This document shows positions 57,141 to 64,000 of a stretch of 64,000 bases of DNA, piece by piece. The notes under the pieces are model-generated. The model was not told the origin of the DNA, made no database searches, and saw nothing but the letters and a program-made list of their open reading frames with translations. Every line of letters begins with the position of its first letter. Positions within the stretch are counted from its first letter, which is position 1. Source of the DNA: Candidatus Woesebacteria bacterium RIFCSPLOWO2_01_FULL_39_61 (GTDB lineage: Bacteria > Patescibacteriota > Microgenomatia > UBA8517); the NCBI GenBank assembly GCA_001793155.1, contig MGHI01000039.1, positions 1,119-65,118 on the forward strand, in the 5' to 3' direction. The position numbers and the translations under genes are program-made.

Positions 57141-58108
57141 TAGCTGGACTAATCTTACTAATTGTAATATTATCTTTGATTCTAATTAAATCCGCAGAAA
57201 TGGTTATTGTTGCTGTAAGGAGAATTGCTCGTAGCATCACTGTGGGTGTATTTGGCGTTTCGGCGGTAATACTGGCTCTCGGGACTTCACTACCAGAACT
57301 TTTTGTAGGCATAACTTCAGCACTTGAAGGTTCGCCAAATTTAGCGTTTGGTGTAATACTGGGATCAAATATCGCAAATACTGCCCTTGTTGGCGGTTTT
57401 GCTGCACTTTTTGTTGGGAAAGTCTTGGTTCACGGGGAATATCTTAAAAGAGACGTTGCGATCGCACTCCTCGCCGGAATCTCACCTATGTTTTTAGCTC
57501 TTGATAAGAGTATAAGTCGCGTTGATGGTTTGATTTTATTAATGGTTTATTTTGCTTATACGACTGGGTTTTTTAAGAGAAGGTATGAAGAAATCGGAAA
57601 AGAACAAGCTGAAGAAAGTTTCATTTACAGAGTTTTTAAACGCTTCAACCATGTTAATTCGGAAAGAAACAAAGAATTCGGTAGATTATTCTTGGGATTG
57701 GCGCTTTTAATTTTTTCGGCTGATATGATAGTAAAATTTTCAGTTAATTTAGCTGAACTTGCAAATATTCCCCTGTTCTTGGTGGGGTTATTCATTTTAG
57801 CTATCGGAACATCTCTGCCTGAACTGGCTTTTTCTATCAGATCTTTGGAAGATCATGAGCCATCAATGTTTTTCGGCAATATCTTGGGGTCGATAATTGC
57901 AAATTCCACTTTGATTGTTGGAGTAACAACTTTGATATCACCAGTAAATTTGATTGCCTTTGATGAGTACTTGGTAGCATCGATTTTTTTTCTAATAATA
58001 TTTTCTCTGTTTTGGTTTTTTATTCGCTCAAAACACAAGCTCGAGCGTTGGGAGGCGGGGCTTTTGATAATTCTTTATATTATCTTCGCGATAGTTGAGT
58101 TTGTTTGA
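57137..58108 (+). CDS. Ca2+/cation antiporter (CaCA family, YrbG-like)
   Basis: Two alpha-repeat GTSLPEL motifs. Confidence 0.8.
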   Translation: MIAGLILLIVILSLILIKSAEMVIVAVRRIARSITVGVFGVSAVILALGTSLPELFVGITSALEGSPNLAFGVILGSNIANTALVGGFAALFVGKVLVHGEYLKRDVAIALLAGISPMFLALDKSISRVDGLILLMVYFAYTTGFFKRRYEEIGKEQAEESFIYRVFKRFNHVNSERNKEFGRLFLGLALLIFSADMIVKFSVNLAELANIPLFLVGLFILAIGTSLPELAFSIRSLEDHEPSMFFGNILGSIIANSTLIVGVTTLISPVNLIAFDEYLVASIFFLIIFSLFWFFIRSKHKLERWEAGLLIILYIIFAIVEFV

Positions 58109-58140
58109 CTTCTTAAAACTAAAAAGTGATATTATACCCA

Positions 58141-59466
58141 ATGAATATCATTGCCGATTTGGAGGTTCACTCTAAGTACGCCCGGGCGGTTTCACCTTCA
58201 ATGAACGTTCCCACAATTGCCCTTTGGGCTGATAAAAAAGGAATTGATTTAGTGGGTAGCGGGGATTTTACTCACCCCATGTGGTTAAGGGAACTCGAAT
58301 CTCAACTGGAGGAGGATGGCGATGGGATTTATAAATTGAAAAATTCCGCAACAAAGTCTAGATTTTTACTGACCTCTGAAGTTTCTTGCATTTATACTCA
58401 CAACGGAAAAGGTAGACGAGTACACATCATGGTTTATTTACCAAGTTTTTCTTCTGTTAGAGCTTTTAATGAGGAATTGACAAAACGAGGCGCAAATTTA
58501 TTTTCTGACGGTCGGCCTATTATCGGTTTGACTCTTACCCAAGTAGCAGAAATTGCTTTGACGGTCGACAAAAGGGCTCTGATTATCCCAGCTCATGTTT
58601 GGACTCCCTGGTTTGGGTTTTACGGAAGTATGAGTGGATACGATAGTTTATCCGAAGCTTTTGGAAATCTGGAAAAATATATACCGGCGGTAGAAACAGG
58701 TCTTAGCAGCGACCCTGCAGCAAATTGGAGAATAGGAGAACTAGCTGGAAAAAGGATCGTTTCCTTCGGAGACGCGCACTCACCTCAAAAACTGGGTCGG
58801 GAAGCGACGGTGTTTCAAATTAAAAATTCAAAATTAAAAATTACTTACCAGGATGTTTATGACGCCATTTGGAATAAAACTGATGGTGGTTGGGAGATTG
58901 CGTATACAATAGAATTTTATCCGGAAGAAGGAAAGTATCACTATACGGGACACAGAAGCTGCAACATTGTCTATTCGCCGAATGAAGCCAGAAAATGGGG
59001 TATGACCTGTCCTACCTGCGGTAGGCAATTAACGATGGGGGTTATGAGTAGAGTAGAGGCACTTTCTTCGCAAGAAATTACAAATGACAAATTACAAATT
59101 ACAAATGATAAGTTGGGTGTAGCCTGGATTAGAGACGAGAAAGGAAAGTATCCTCCATACGTAATGCTTGTTCCGCTTTTGGAAATTCTTTCCGAAGCTC
59201 TGATTGCTGGAGTCGGCAGCCAGACGGTCATAAATGTTTATGAACAGTTAATACACAGTTTTGAAAGTGAATTCAATGTACTTCTTAAAACGGAAATAGC
59301 AGATATTGCAAAAATGGCGGGGCAGAAAATTTCTGAAGCAATTCAAAAAGTACGATCTGGTGATATTTTTATTAAACCCGGATATGATGGGGTTTTTGGT
59401 ACGGTAAAAATTTGGAAAGAGGAAGAAGAAAAAGAAATGGGTAACAATCAGGCAAGCTTGTTTTGA
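58141..59466 (+). CDS. endonuclease Q-like protein (PHP domain plus C-terminal zinc ribbon)
   Basis: N-terminal ADLEVHSKYARAVS...DLVGSGDFTHPMW pattern and C-terminal CPTCGRQLTMGV; resemblance to archaeal EndoQ is recalled from memory, not computed. Confidence 0.5.
   Translation: MNIIADLEVHSKYARAVSPSMNVPTIALWADKKGIDLVGSGDFTHPMWLRELESQLEEDGDGIYKLKNSATKSRFLLTSEVSCIYTHNGKGRRVHIMVYLPSFSSVRAFNEELTKRGANLFSDGRPIIGLTLTQVAEIALTVDKRALIIPAHVWTPWFGFYGSMSGYDSLSEAFGNLEKYIPAVETGLSSDPAANWRIGELAGKRIVSFGDAHSPQKLGREATVFQIKNSKLKITYQDVYDAIWNKTDGGWEIAYTIEFYPEEGKYHYTGHRSCNIVYSPNEARKWGMTCPTCGRQLTMGVMSRVEALSSQEITNDKLQITNDKLGVAWIRDEKGKYPPYVMLVPLLEILSEALIAGVGSQTVINVYEQLIHSFESEFNVLLKTEIADIAKMAGQKISEAIQKVRSGDIFIKPGYDGVFGTVKIWKEEEEKEMGNNQASLF
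58814..58845. repeat. heptad tract (TTCAAAT TAAAAAT TCAAAAT TAAAAAT) inside the EndoQ-like CDS
   Basis: Read directly. Confidence 0.7.
59077..59111. repeat. heptad tract (ATTACAA ATGACAA ATTACAA ATTACAA ATGATAA) inside the EndoQ-like CDS
   Basis: Encodes the duplicated peptide ITNDKLQITNDKL. Confidence 0.8.
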
Positions 59467-59545
59467 CTCCATTTAACCCCCATAGTTAACAGAAATTTGC
59501 TATACTCCTTTTTAAGCTCTTTGAAAATTAAAAAGATGGAAAATT

Positions 59546-60088
59546 TTGCCTATGAAGAAAGGAGAGATGAGTATGGCTCGAGGAAGTCAGAAGACTGACA
59601 AGGTCAAAAAACAAAATATTGATCTGTGGCCACTTACGAGGTTTCTAGTAGGGACTACCTCGCTTATTATAGGGGTAGTTTTTATCTTCACAACGGCGAG
59701 GACAATTGTTGGTAGAGAAATTACCCTGATTGAGATAACACAAGTTCCCGCTTCTTTTATCAGAGGGATGTTTAGCTCATGGCCTCGCTTTGTGGTAGGA
59801 TTTTGGCTTCTTCTTACCTTTGGAAGTAAGCTGGCAATGCTTTTCAATTCCCGACAGCCGGTTAGCTTGGTGTCGGCTTTCTGGTTTATCTGGTTTAGTG
59901 TGATCGGGAGAGTTACCTCCTCGAAATCCACTGTCTCCGGTTTGGTGATAGAGGAAAAAGTTATAGATGAGGTTGTCCGCTATTTCGGCATAGCCCTCTA
60001 CACACTTTTGTTAACGGATATACTTGATGCCTTTTATTGGATTTTTGGCAAGATCGAAGATTGGGCAGATAAGGAGAATAGGGAATGA
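59546..60088 (+). CDS. membrane protein, unknown function
   Basis: 180 aa; multiple TM. Confidence 0.45.
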   Translation: MPMKKGEMSMARGSQKTDKVKKQNIDLWPLTRFLVGTTSLIIGVVFIFTTARTIVGREITLIEITQVPASFIRGMFSSWPRFVVGFWLLLTFGSKLAMLFNSRQPVSLVSAFWFIWFSVIGRVTSSKSTVSGLVIEEKVIDEVVRYFGIALYTLLLTDILDAFYWIFGKIEDWADKENRE

Positions 60089-60306
60089 AAAGGTTTAAAG
60101 ATTGGTATTGGAGACCGTTAAGGATCTCCAGAAAGGTAATCATGATCCCGCAGGGGCCGATTGTTGTGATGGCGATTGGAGCAATTTCGGGGATAGTATA
60201 TAGCTATGTCCCATTGCACCCAGTTCTTCTGTGGTTTCTTCTGGGAGTAATAGCTCTTTCGGCATTAATTGTACTTTTACTACTACCCCCTAACTATAGG
60301 CGATAG
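60085..60306 (+). CDS. small membrane protein
   Basis: 73 aa; 2 TM; overlaps the upstream stop. Confidence 0.4.
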   Translation: MKRFKDWYWRPLRISRKVIMIPQGPIVVMAIGAISGIVYSYVPLHPVLLWFLLGVIALSALIVLLLLPPNYRR

Positions 60307-60329
60307 AATTCTGAAAGGAGATAAACGAA

Positions 60330-60530
60330 ATGTCTCAAAAGACCCTTGAATATTCTTATTTGGGAATCTTTATCCTCCTGACTTTGGGAGCATTTTGGAT
60401 TCTCGACTGGCTCTACGGCGGCATTATCGCTTTTGCGGTTTTTGTGCCATACGGTTTTTCCCTCGTCTGGGTAATGGGTAAACTTCGTAAGCCTTACTAC
60501 GAGATGATGCGCAAGCGTTTCAACAAGTGA
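60330..60530 (+). CDS. small membrane protein
   Basis: 66 aa; preceded by the gaaaggagataa RBS-like motif. Confidence 0.45.
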   Translation: MSQKTLEYSYLGIFILLTLGAFWILDWLYGGIIAFAVFVPYGFSLVWVMGKLRKPYYEMMRKRFNK

Positions 60531-60542
60531 AAGGAGATAAGA

Positions 60543-60992
60543 ATGTCTGATGTAACTCTTTATACAGATGAGGGTGCCGAGAGCACACAGGCGTTAGAGT
60601 TGTTGAAAGCACACAAAATTCCTTTTAATGAGATCCGGAAAGGCCGCGACGCCGAATTTGATTATGATTGGTACTTTCCGACAATTTCAGCTCCGGGAAC
60701 CCAAATTTTTCACCACAGCGGGTTATTTTGGATAAAGCAGGCGATTTTTCAGCTTACATCGTGTCCTATCCTTTACATTGATGCCTTGGAGGATAACCAG
60801 GATTTGCTTGATAAATTCGATGATCCAGAAGACCCCATCGTTGTATTTACTACCAGGGAATTGGCACGCGCAGACCCGATGGGTTATTGGACGGAGACTT
60901 ATGAATTTCCGGCCTTGATTCTTTACGCTATGGAAGGGGATCCGAAGATAATCACTGGACTTGAGGATATCGAATCCTGGCTAAATTCTTAG
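60543..60992 (+). CDS. hypothetical protein (possible degenerate glutaredoxin-like fold lacking CxxC)
   Basis: 149 aa; the same gaaaggagataa motif upstream. Confidence 0.4.
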   Translation: MSDVTLYTDEGAESTQALELLKAHKIPFNEIRKGRDAEFDYDWYFPTISAPGTQIFHHSGLFWIKQAIFQLTSCPILYIDALEDNQDLLDKFDDPEDPIVVFTTRELARADPMGYWTETYEFPALILYAMEGDPKIITGLEDIESWLNS

Positions 60993-61011
60993 TATTAGTA
61001 AATGTTAATAA

Positions 61012-61116
61012 GACAAACGAGGAAGAGGGCGTTAAGTTGCCTTTGGCATATTCACAAACACAATTGACTTTCATCAGAGCCCTCCCTTTCCCTTATTTTC
61101 TGGTTAGGAGATCCAA
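61012..61116 (+). repeat. structured leader-like repeat, copy 1 (core gaggaagagggcg ... attcaca ... complementary 3' arm)
   Basis: Shares a 13-nt identical core plus the attcaca and aacacaa blocks with copy 2. Confidence 0.55.
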
Positions 61117-61305
61117 ATGAAACCTATATTGAAGAAGGTGTTAAACCCGCCATGGTACGTGATAATTGCCGCGATCGTGCTTGGTATACTGCTAGCCGCA
61201 CTGGGCAACTTACCCGTAGCCCTCATCGGACTGGTGCTATTTCTGTATGGCCTTGCTGGTCCTGCACTGGAGATAATGTGGCGAAGGAACTCCAGGCAAA
61301 GATAA
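61117..61305 (+). CDS. small 2-TM membrane protein (paralog of the 61317 gene)
   Basis: 62 aa; the P..I.LG.LL.A...P.A..V..G.AG pattern is shared with the next ORF. Confidence 0.45.
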   Translation: MKPILKKVLNPPWYVIIAAIVLGILLAALGNLPVALIGLVLFLYGLAGPALEIMWRRNSRQR

Positions 61306-61316
61306 GGAGAGTAAAA

Positions 61317-61514
61317 ATGAATAAGATAGGAAAGTGGCTAAGAGGACCGGCAAAAATAAGTGGTTTTCCAAGATGGCTCATAATTCTTGGACTTCTAACC
61401 CTAAGCGCAGCCGCCATTTACAGGTTTGCGCCTCTTGCTGGAGATATCGCTTGGATAGTTTTTGGTATAGCAATAACCGGAGTCTTGGCTATTTTGATAG
61501 CTGCTTCAAAATGA
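61317..61514 (+). CDS. small 2-TM membrane protein (paralog)
   Basis: 66 aa; ATG with aaggagagtaaaa upstream; ORF track 61152.. is an alternative-start extension. Confidence 0.45.
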   Translation: MNKIGKWLRGPAKISGFPRWLIILGLLTLSAAAIYRFAPLAGDIAWIVFGIAITGVLAILIAASK

Positions 61515-61519
61515 TTTTT

Positions 61520-61650
61520 TGGTCTCGACAATGAGGAAGAGGGCGTGAGGCTACATTCACAGCTTTGTCGCTTCACGACAACACAAAATTTCCATCTTAA
61601 CCCTTCTCTTCCTCACTTTTCTGCTATTTACCCGAGGTGTGAATCTGATC
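61520..61650 (+). repeat. structured leader-like repeat, copy 2
   Basis: gaggaagagggcg at 61533..61545; the 3' arm ctcttcctc pairs with it. Confidence 0.55.
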
Positions 61651-61833
61651 CACTCCCGGAGTGTACTGAATTGACACATTGGGGCAGTTCTGGGATAGAT
61701 GGTAGAGAAGTGAAGAGAAGGGTAATTACAGAGCTAATCCCTGCAGATTGATTTATTGCAATCAAACTTGCAGGGATTTTTTGATGCTATACTAAAAAAG
61801 GAATGGTTTTTAACGGAAGGTGGTGAGGTAAGT

Positions 61834-62193
61834 ATGGCTACTCAGTCAGTTACAGGATTACCAAGAAACACAGCAGCGGCTCTTGCTGTTGTTTTGGCTC
61901 CGACCGTTGTAGGAACCATTGCTCTCATGCTTTTAGAAAAGGATTCGTTTGTACGTTTTTACGCAGTTCAAATTTTGGTAACCGGTGTTTCGATGGTTAC
62001 CCTCCAACAAGGTTTATTGCTAGTCAGTAGCATAGGATTTTTGTCCTATTTGTCCAAACTTGTCGGACTTTTTACAATTTTTGGTTTTATTATCTGGCTA
62101 ATGATGGTTTATAGAGCCTGGCAGGGAGACGAGTGGGAATTGCCCGTTTTAGGAAACGTGACGAAGGTTTTAATAACTAAACTTAAGTTGTAA
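61834..62193 (+). CDS. small membrane protein (DUF4870/Yip1-like?)
   Basis: ORF track 61756.. trimmed to the ATG with a GGAGG-like RBS; 3 TM. Confidence 0.4.
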   Translation: MATQSVTGLPRNTAAALAVVLAPTVVGTIALMLLEKDSFVRFYAVQILVTGVSMVTLQQGLLLVSSIGFLSYLSKLVGLFTIFGFIIWLMMVYRAWQGDEWELPVLGNVTKVLITKLKL

Positions 62194-62246
62194 ACTTAAA
62201 AACTGCCCGCGATACGTTTTTAAATATATAAGGTTTTTTTGCGGTC

Positions 62247-62885
62247 ATGAATATGAGAGACAAGCGGGAGCAAATGGTTTTTGATATTAAGCAAAGGTAC
62301 GGATTAAGCTCACCAGATGTGCTTTCGGCAATGCTTCAGGTTCCTCGTGAAGAATTCATTGACGATAAATATAAAGATATTGCTTATGACGATACCGCTA
62401 TTTCAATTGATTTCGGTCAAACGATCAGTCAGCCTTATACAGTTGCCTTTATGACGGATTTACTGGATCTTACAGGAGATGAAAAAGTTCTCGAAATTGG
62501 TACAGGTTCGGGATATCAGGCGGCTGTTCTTTCAAAATTAGCAAGTAAGGTGTATACGGTTGAAATTGTTCCCGAACTTGCGAAAAAAGCAAAAGAAAGA
62601 CTTACCCGCCTTGGTTATCATAACGTTTTTGTAAAATCAGCTTCAGGGGAATATGGGTGGAGAGAGGAGGCGCCATATGACGCTGTAATTATTACAGCCG
62701 CTCTTGAAAAAGAAATTCCGAAAGCTCTGGTAGAGCAGACTAAGGCGGGGGGTGTTATCGTTGCACCAATCGGGCCCAGAAGCTCGCAAACAATGACCAG
62801 ATTTACGAAAATGGAGGACGGAACGCTTAAAAAAGAAGAATTCCAAAAATACGTCTTCGTACCCTTTGTCGAAAAAGGAGATTAA
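62247..62885 (+). CDS. pcm: protein-L-isoaspartate O-methyltransferase
   Basis: PREEF...ISQPY..A and LEIGTGSGY SAM motif. Confidence 0.8.
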   Translation: MNMRDKREQMVFDIKQRYGLSSPDVLSAMLQVPREEFIDDKYKDIAYDDTAISIDFGQTISQPYTVAFMTDLLDLTGDEKVLEIGTGSGYQAAVLSKLASKVYTVEIVPELAKKAKERLTRLGYHNVFVKSASGEYGWREEAPYDAVIITAALEKEIPKALVEQTKAGGVIVAPIGPRSSQTMTRFTKMEDGTLKKEEFQKYVFVPFVEKGD

Positions 62886-62903
62886 AGGTACAATTGCTTC
62901 ATA

Positions 62904-63665
62904 ATGATCGAGGTTGCAAAAGAAGCAGCAATTGAGTCTGGGAAGATAACCCTTTCTTTGCAAGGGAAAAGACACACGTTTATAGGAAAAGAAAAACTGG
63001 GCGATTTTACTACCGAAGCGGATATTACTTCGGAAAAGAAGATTTTAAGTATACTTCAAACTAAATTTCCCGACCATAATTTTATATCTGAAGAGATTGG
63101 AAAGATCGATAACGGTTCTGACTATTGGTGGATTATCGATCCCTTGGACGGAACAATTCCTTACACGTCAGGTTTAAGGACATTTGGTGTTTCAATAGGG
63201 CTTTTAAAAGATAAAAAGCCGATTTTAGGAGTAGTAAACCTACCGGCAATGGAGAGTCTTTTTTGGGCAGAAGAAGGAAAAGGAGCTTTTTTGAACGGCC
63301 AAGAAGTGAAAGTTAAGGCTAATAACGATTTATCTGAGGCAATAGTGGCATTTGGACTAGGGCATCGCCAGGAGAGACAGAAGATGCTTAACGAGCTAGT
63401 TATGCCGATCGCAGACGAAGTACGCTATCCACCTGTGGTTGATTGTGCAGTGTTTGGGGGATCAATGGTGGCAGCTGGAATTTATGACGCCTTTGTGCAC
63501 TATGCCTATCCTTGGGATTTCGCAGCAGCGGCTGTATTGACAACGGAGGCGGGAGGTAAAGTTACTGATCTAAAAGGGAAGCCTATTGATTGGTTCCAAC
63601 CCAGAATAATGTATGTGGCCAGTAACGGATTATTACACGACGAGATTTTATCTTTGATAGAGTAA
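62904..63665 (+). CDS. inositol monophosphatase family protein
   Basis: WIIDPLDGT metal-binding motif. Confidence 0.8.
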   Translation: MIEVAKEAAIESGKITLSLQGKRHTFIGKEKLGDFTTEADITSEKKILSILQTKFPDHNFISEEIGKIDNGSDYWWIIDPLDGTIPYTSGLRTFGVSIGLLKDKKPILGVVNLPAMESLFWAEEGKGAFLNGQEVKVKANNDLSEAIVAFGLGHRQERQKMLNELVMPIADEVRYPPVVDCAVFGGSMVAAGIYDAFVHYAYPWDFAAAAVLTTEAGGKVTDLKGKPIDWFQPRIMYVASNGLLHDEILSLIE

Positions 63666-63676
63666 GCTAATAAAAT

Positions 63677-64000
63677 ATGAGATTAATAATTGGATTGGGA
63701 AATCCGAGTAATAAATACGAGAATACCAGACATAATGTTGGTTTTGTAGTTCTTGACGAACTAAAAAACAAAATTTTCAGTTTCTCTCCGAGCCAAAGGC
63801 TCTCAGGAGCCGGTGGTCAAATTCCAATGGTTCGGCGAGCTCGCCACCCCGAGCAGAGTCGAGGGGTTTACAATCAATTTTTAAACTCTGACTTTCAATT
63901 TGAAAAGAAATTTAATGCAGACATTTTAAAACTGGATAATTTAATGCTGGCAAAGCCGCAAACATTTATGAACAGTTCGGGGGCTTCTGTGAAGAAATTA
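63677..64000 (+). CDS. pth: peptidyl-tRNA hydrolase (5' partial, runs off the window) with an unusual GC-rich internal insertion
   Basis: MRLIIGLGNPSNKYENTRHNVGF N-terminus and AKPQTFMNSSG; about 30 extra codons relative to canonical Pth. Confidence 0.7.
   Translation, partial: MRLIIGLGNPSNKYENTRHNVGFVVLDELKNKIFSFSPSQRLSGAGGQIPMVRRARHPEQSRGVYNQFLNSDFQFEKKFNADILKLDNLMLAKPQTFMNSSGASVKKL

Noticed and set aside
4447-59111. Heptad tandem tracts or inverted repeats as a CRISPR array
   Set aside because: The units are 7 nt with no unique spacers of 25-40 nt, no cas genes, and several are inside coding sequences. They are microsatellite-like or stem arms, not CRISPR.
61545-61751. 68-aa ORF in the ORF track
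   Set aside because: It overlaps the repeated structured leader-like element (copy 2) and has a shadow-like composition with no RBS. It is more likely non-coding.

Overview
This window reads as an AT-rich (about 38-40% GC) bacterial chromosomal segment with roughly 75 tightly packed genes, mostly on the + strand. Several traits point to a small-genome Patescibacteria/CPR-like organism, though that placement is inference. Those traits are a eukaryote-type class I fructose-bisphosphate aldolase, a lone transketolase C-subunit, two B12-dependent class II ribonucleotide reductases under NrdR with a PduO-type adenosyltransferase, an EndoQ-like nuclease, an ATP-dependent DNA ligase, two PBP1A paralogs, many small membrane proteins, and weak or absent Shine-Dalgarno sequences with frequent non-ATG starts. 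Recognisable housekeeping genes include trpS, ftsH, recF, mutM, pcm, pth, an IMPase, a 5'-3' exonuclease, a P-type ATPase with a Ca/Na exchanger, an ABC exporter, GT4 glycosyltransferases, two NUDIX hydrolases and a Fic protein. Three tRNAs are present: an unusual tRNA-Ile(UAU), a tRNA(CAU), and an atypical second CAU tRNA-like gene.

Several things go beyond routine annotation. First, two genes for four-helix-bundle proteins of the '23S rRNA intervening-sequence' type are each bracketed by inverted repeats built from 7-nt units, well away from any rRNA gene. Second, related heptanucleotide tandem tracts recur as a solo inverted repeat, in an AT-rich intergenic block, and in frame inside recF, the EndoQ-like gene, nnr and a membrane glycosyltransferase-like gene. 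Third, two insertion-like islands are each marked by a diverged duplicate of a host gene end. One lies between a degenerate copy of the transketolase 5' end and the intact gene and carries a DUF3800 gene. The other lies between the intact fpg 3' end and a diverged copy of its zinc-finger coding end and carries a GH36-like glycosidase. Fourth, a tRNA-flanked segment holds a tyrosine recombinase, a zinc-ribbon mini-protein and an unclassifiable 339-aa Trp/Cys-rich protein. Hand-derived coordinates may be off by 1-2 nt. I found no rRNA genes and no CRISPR array.
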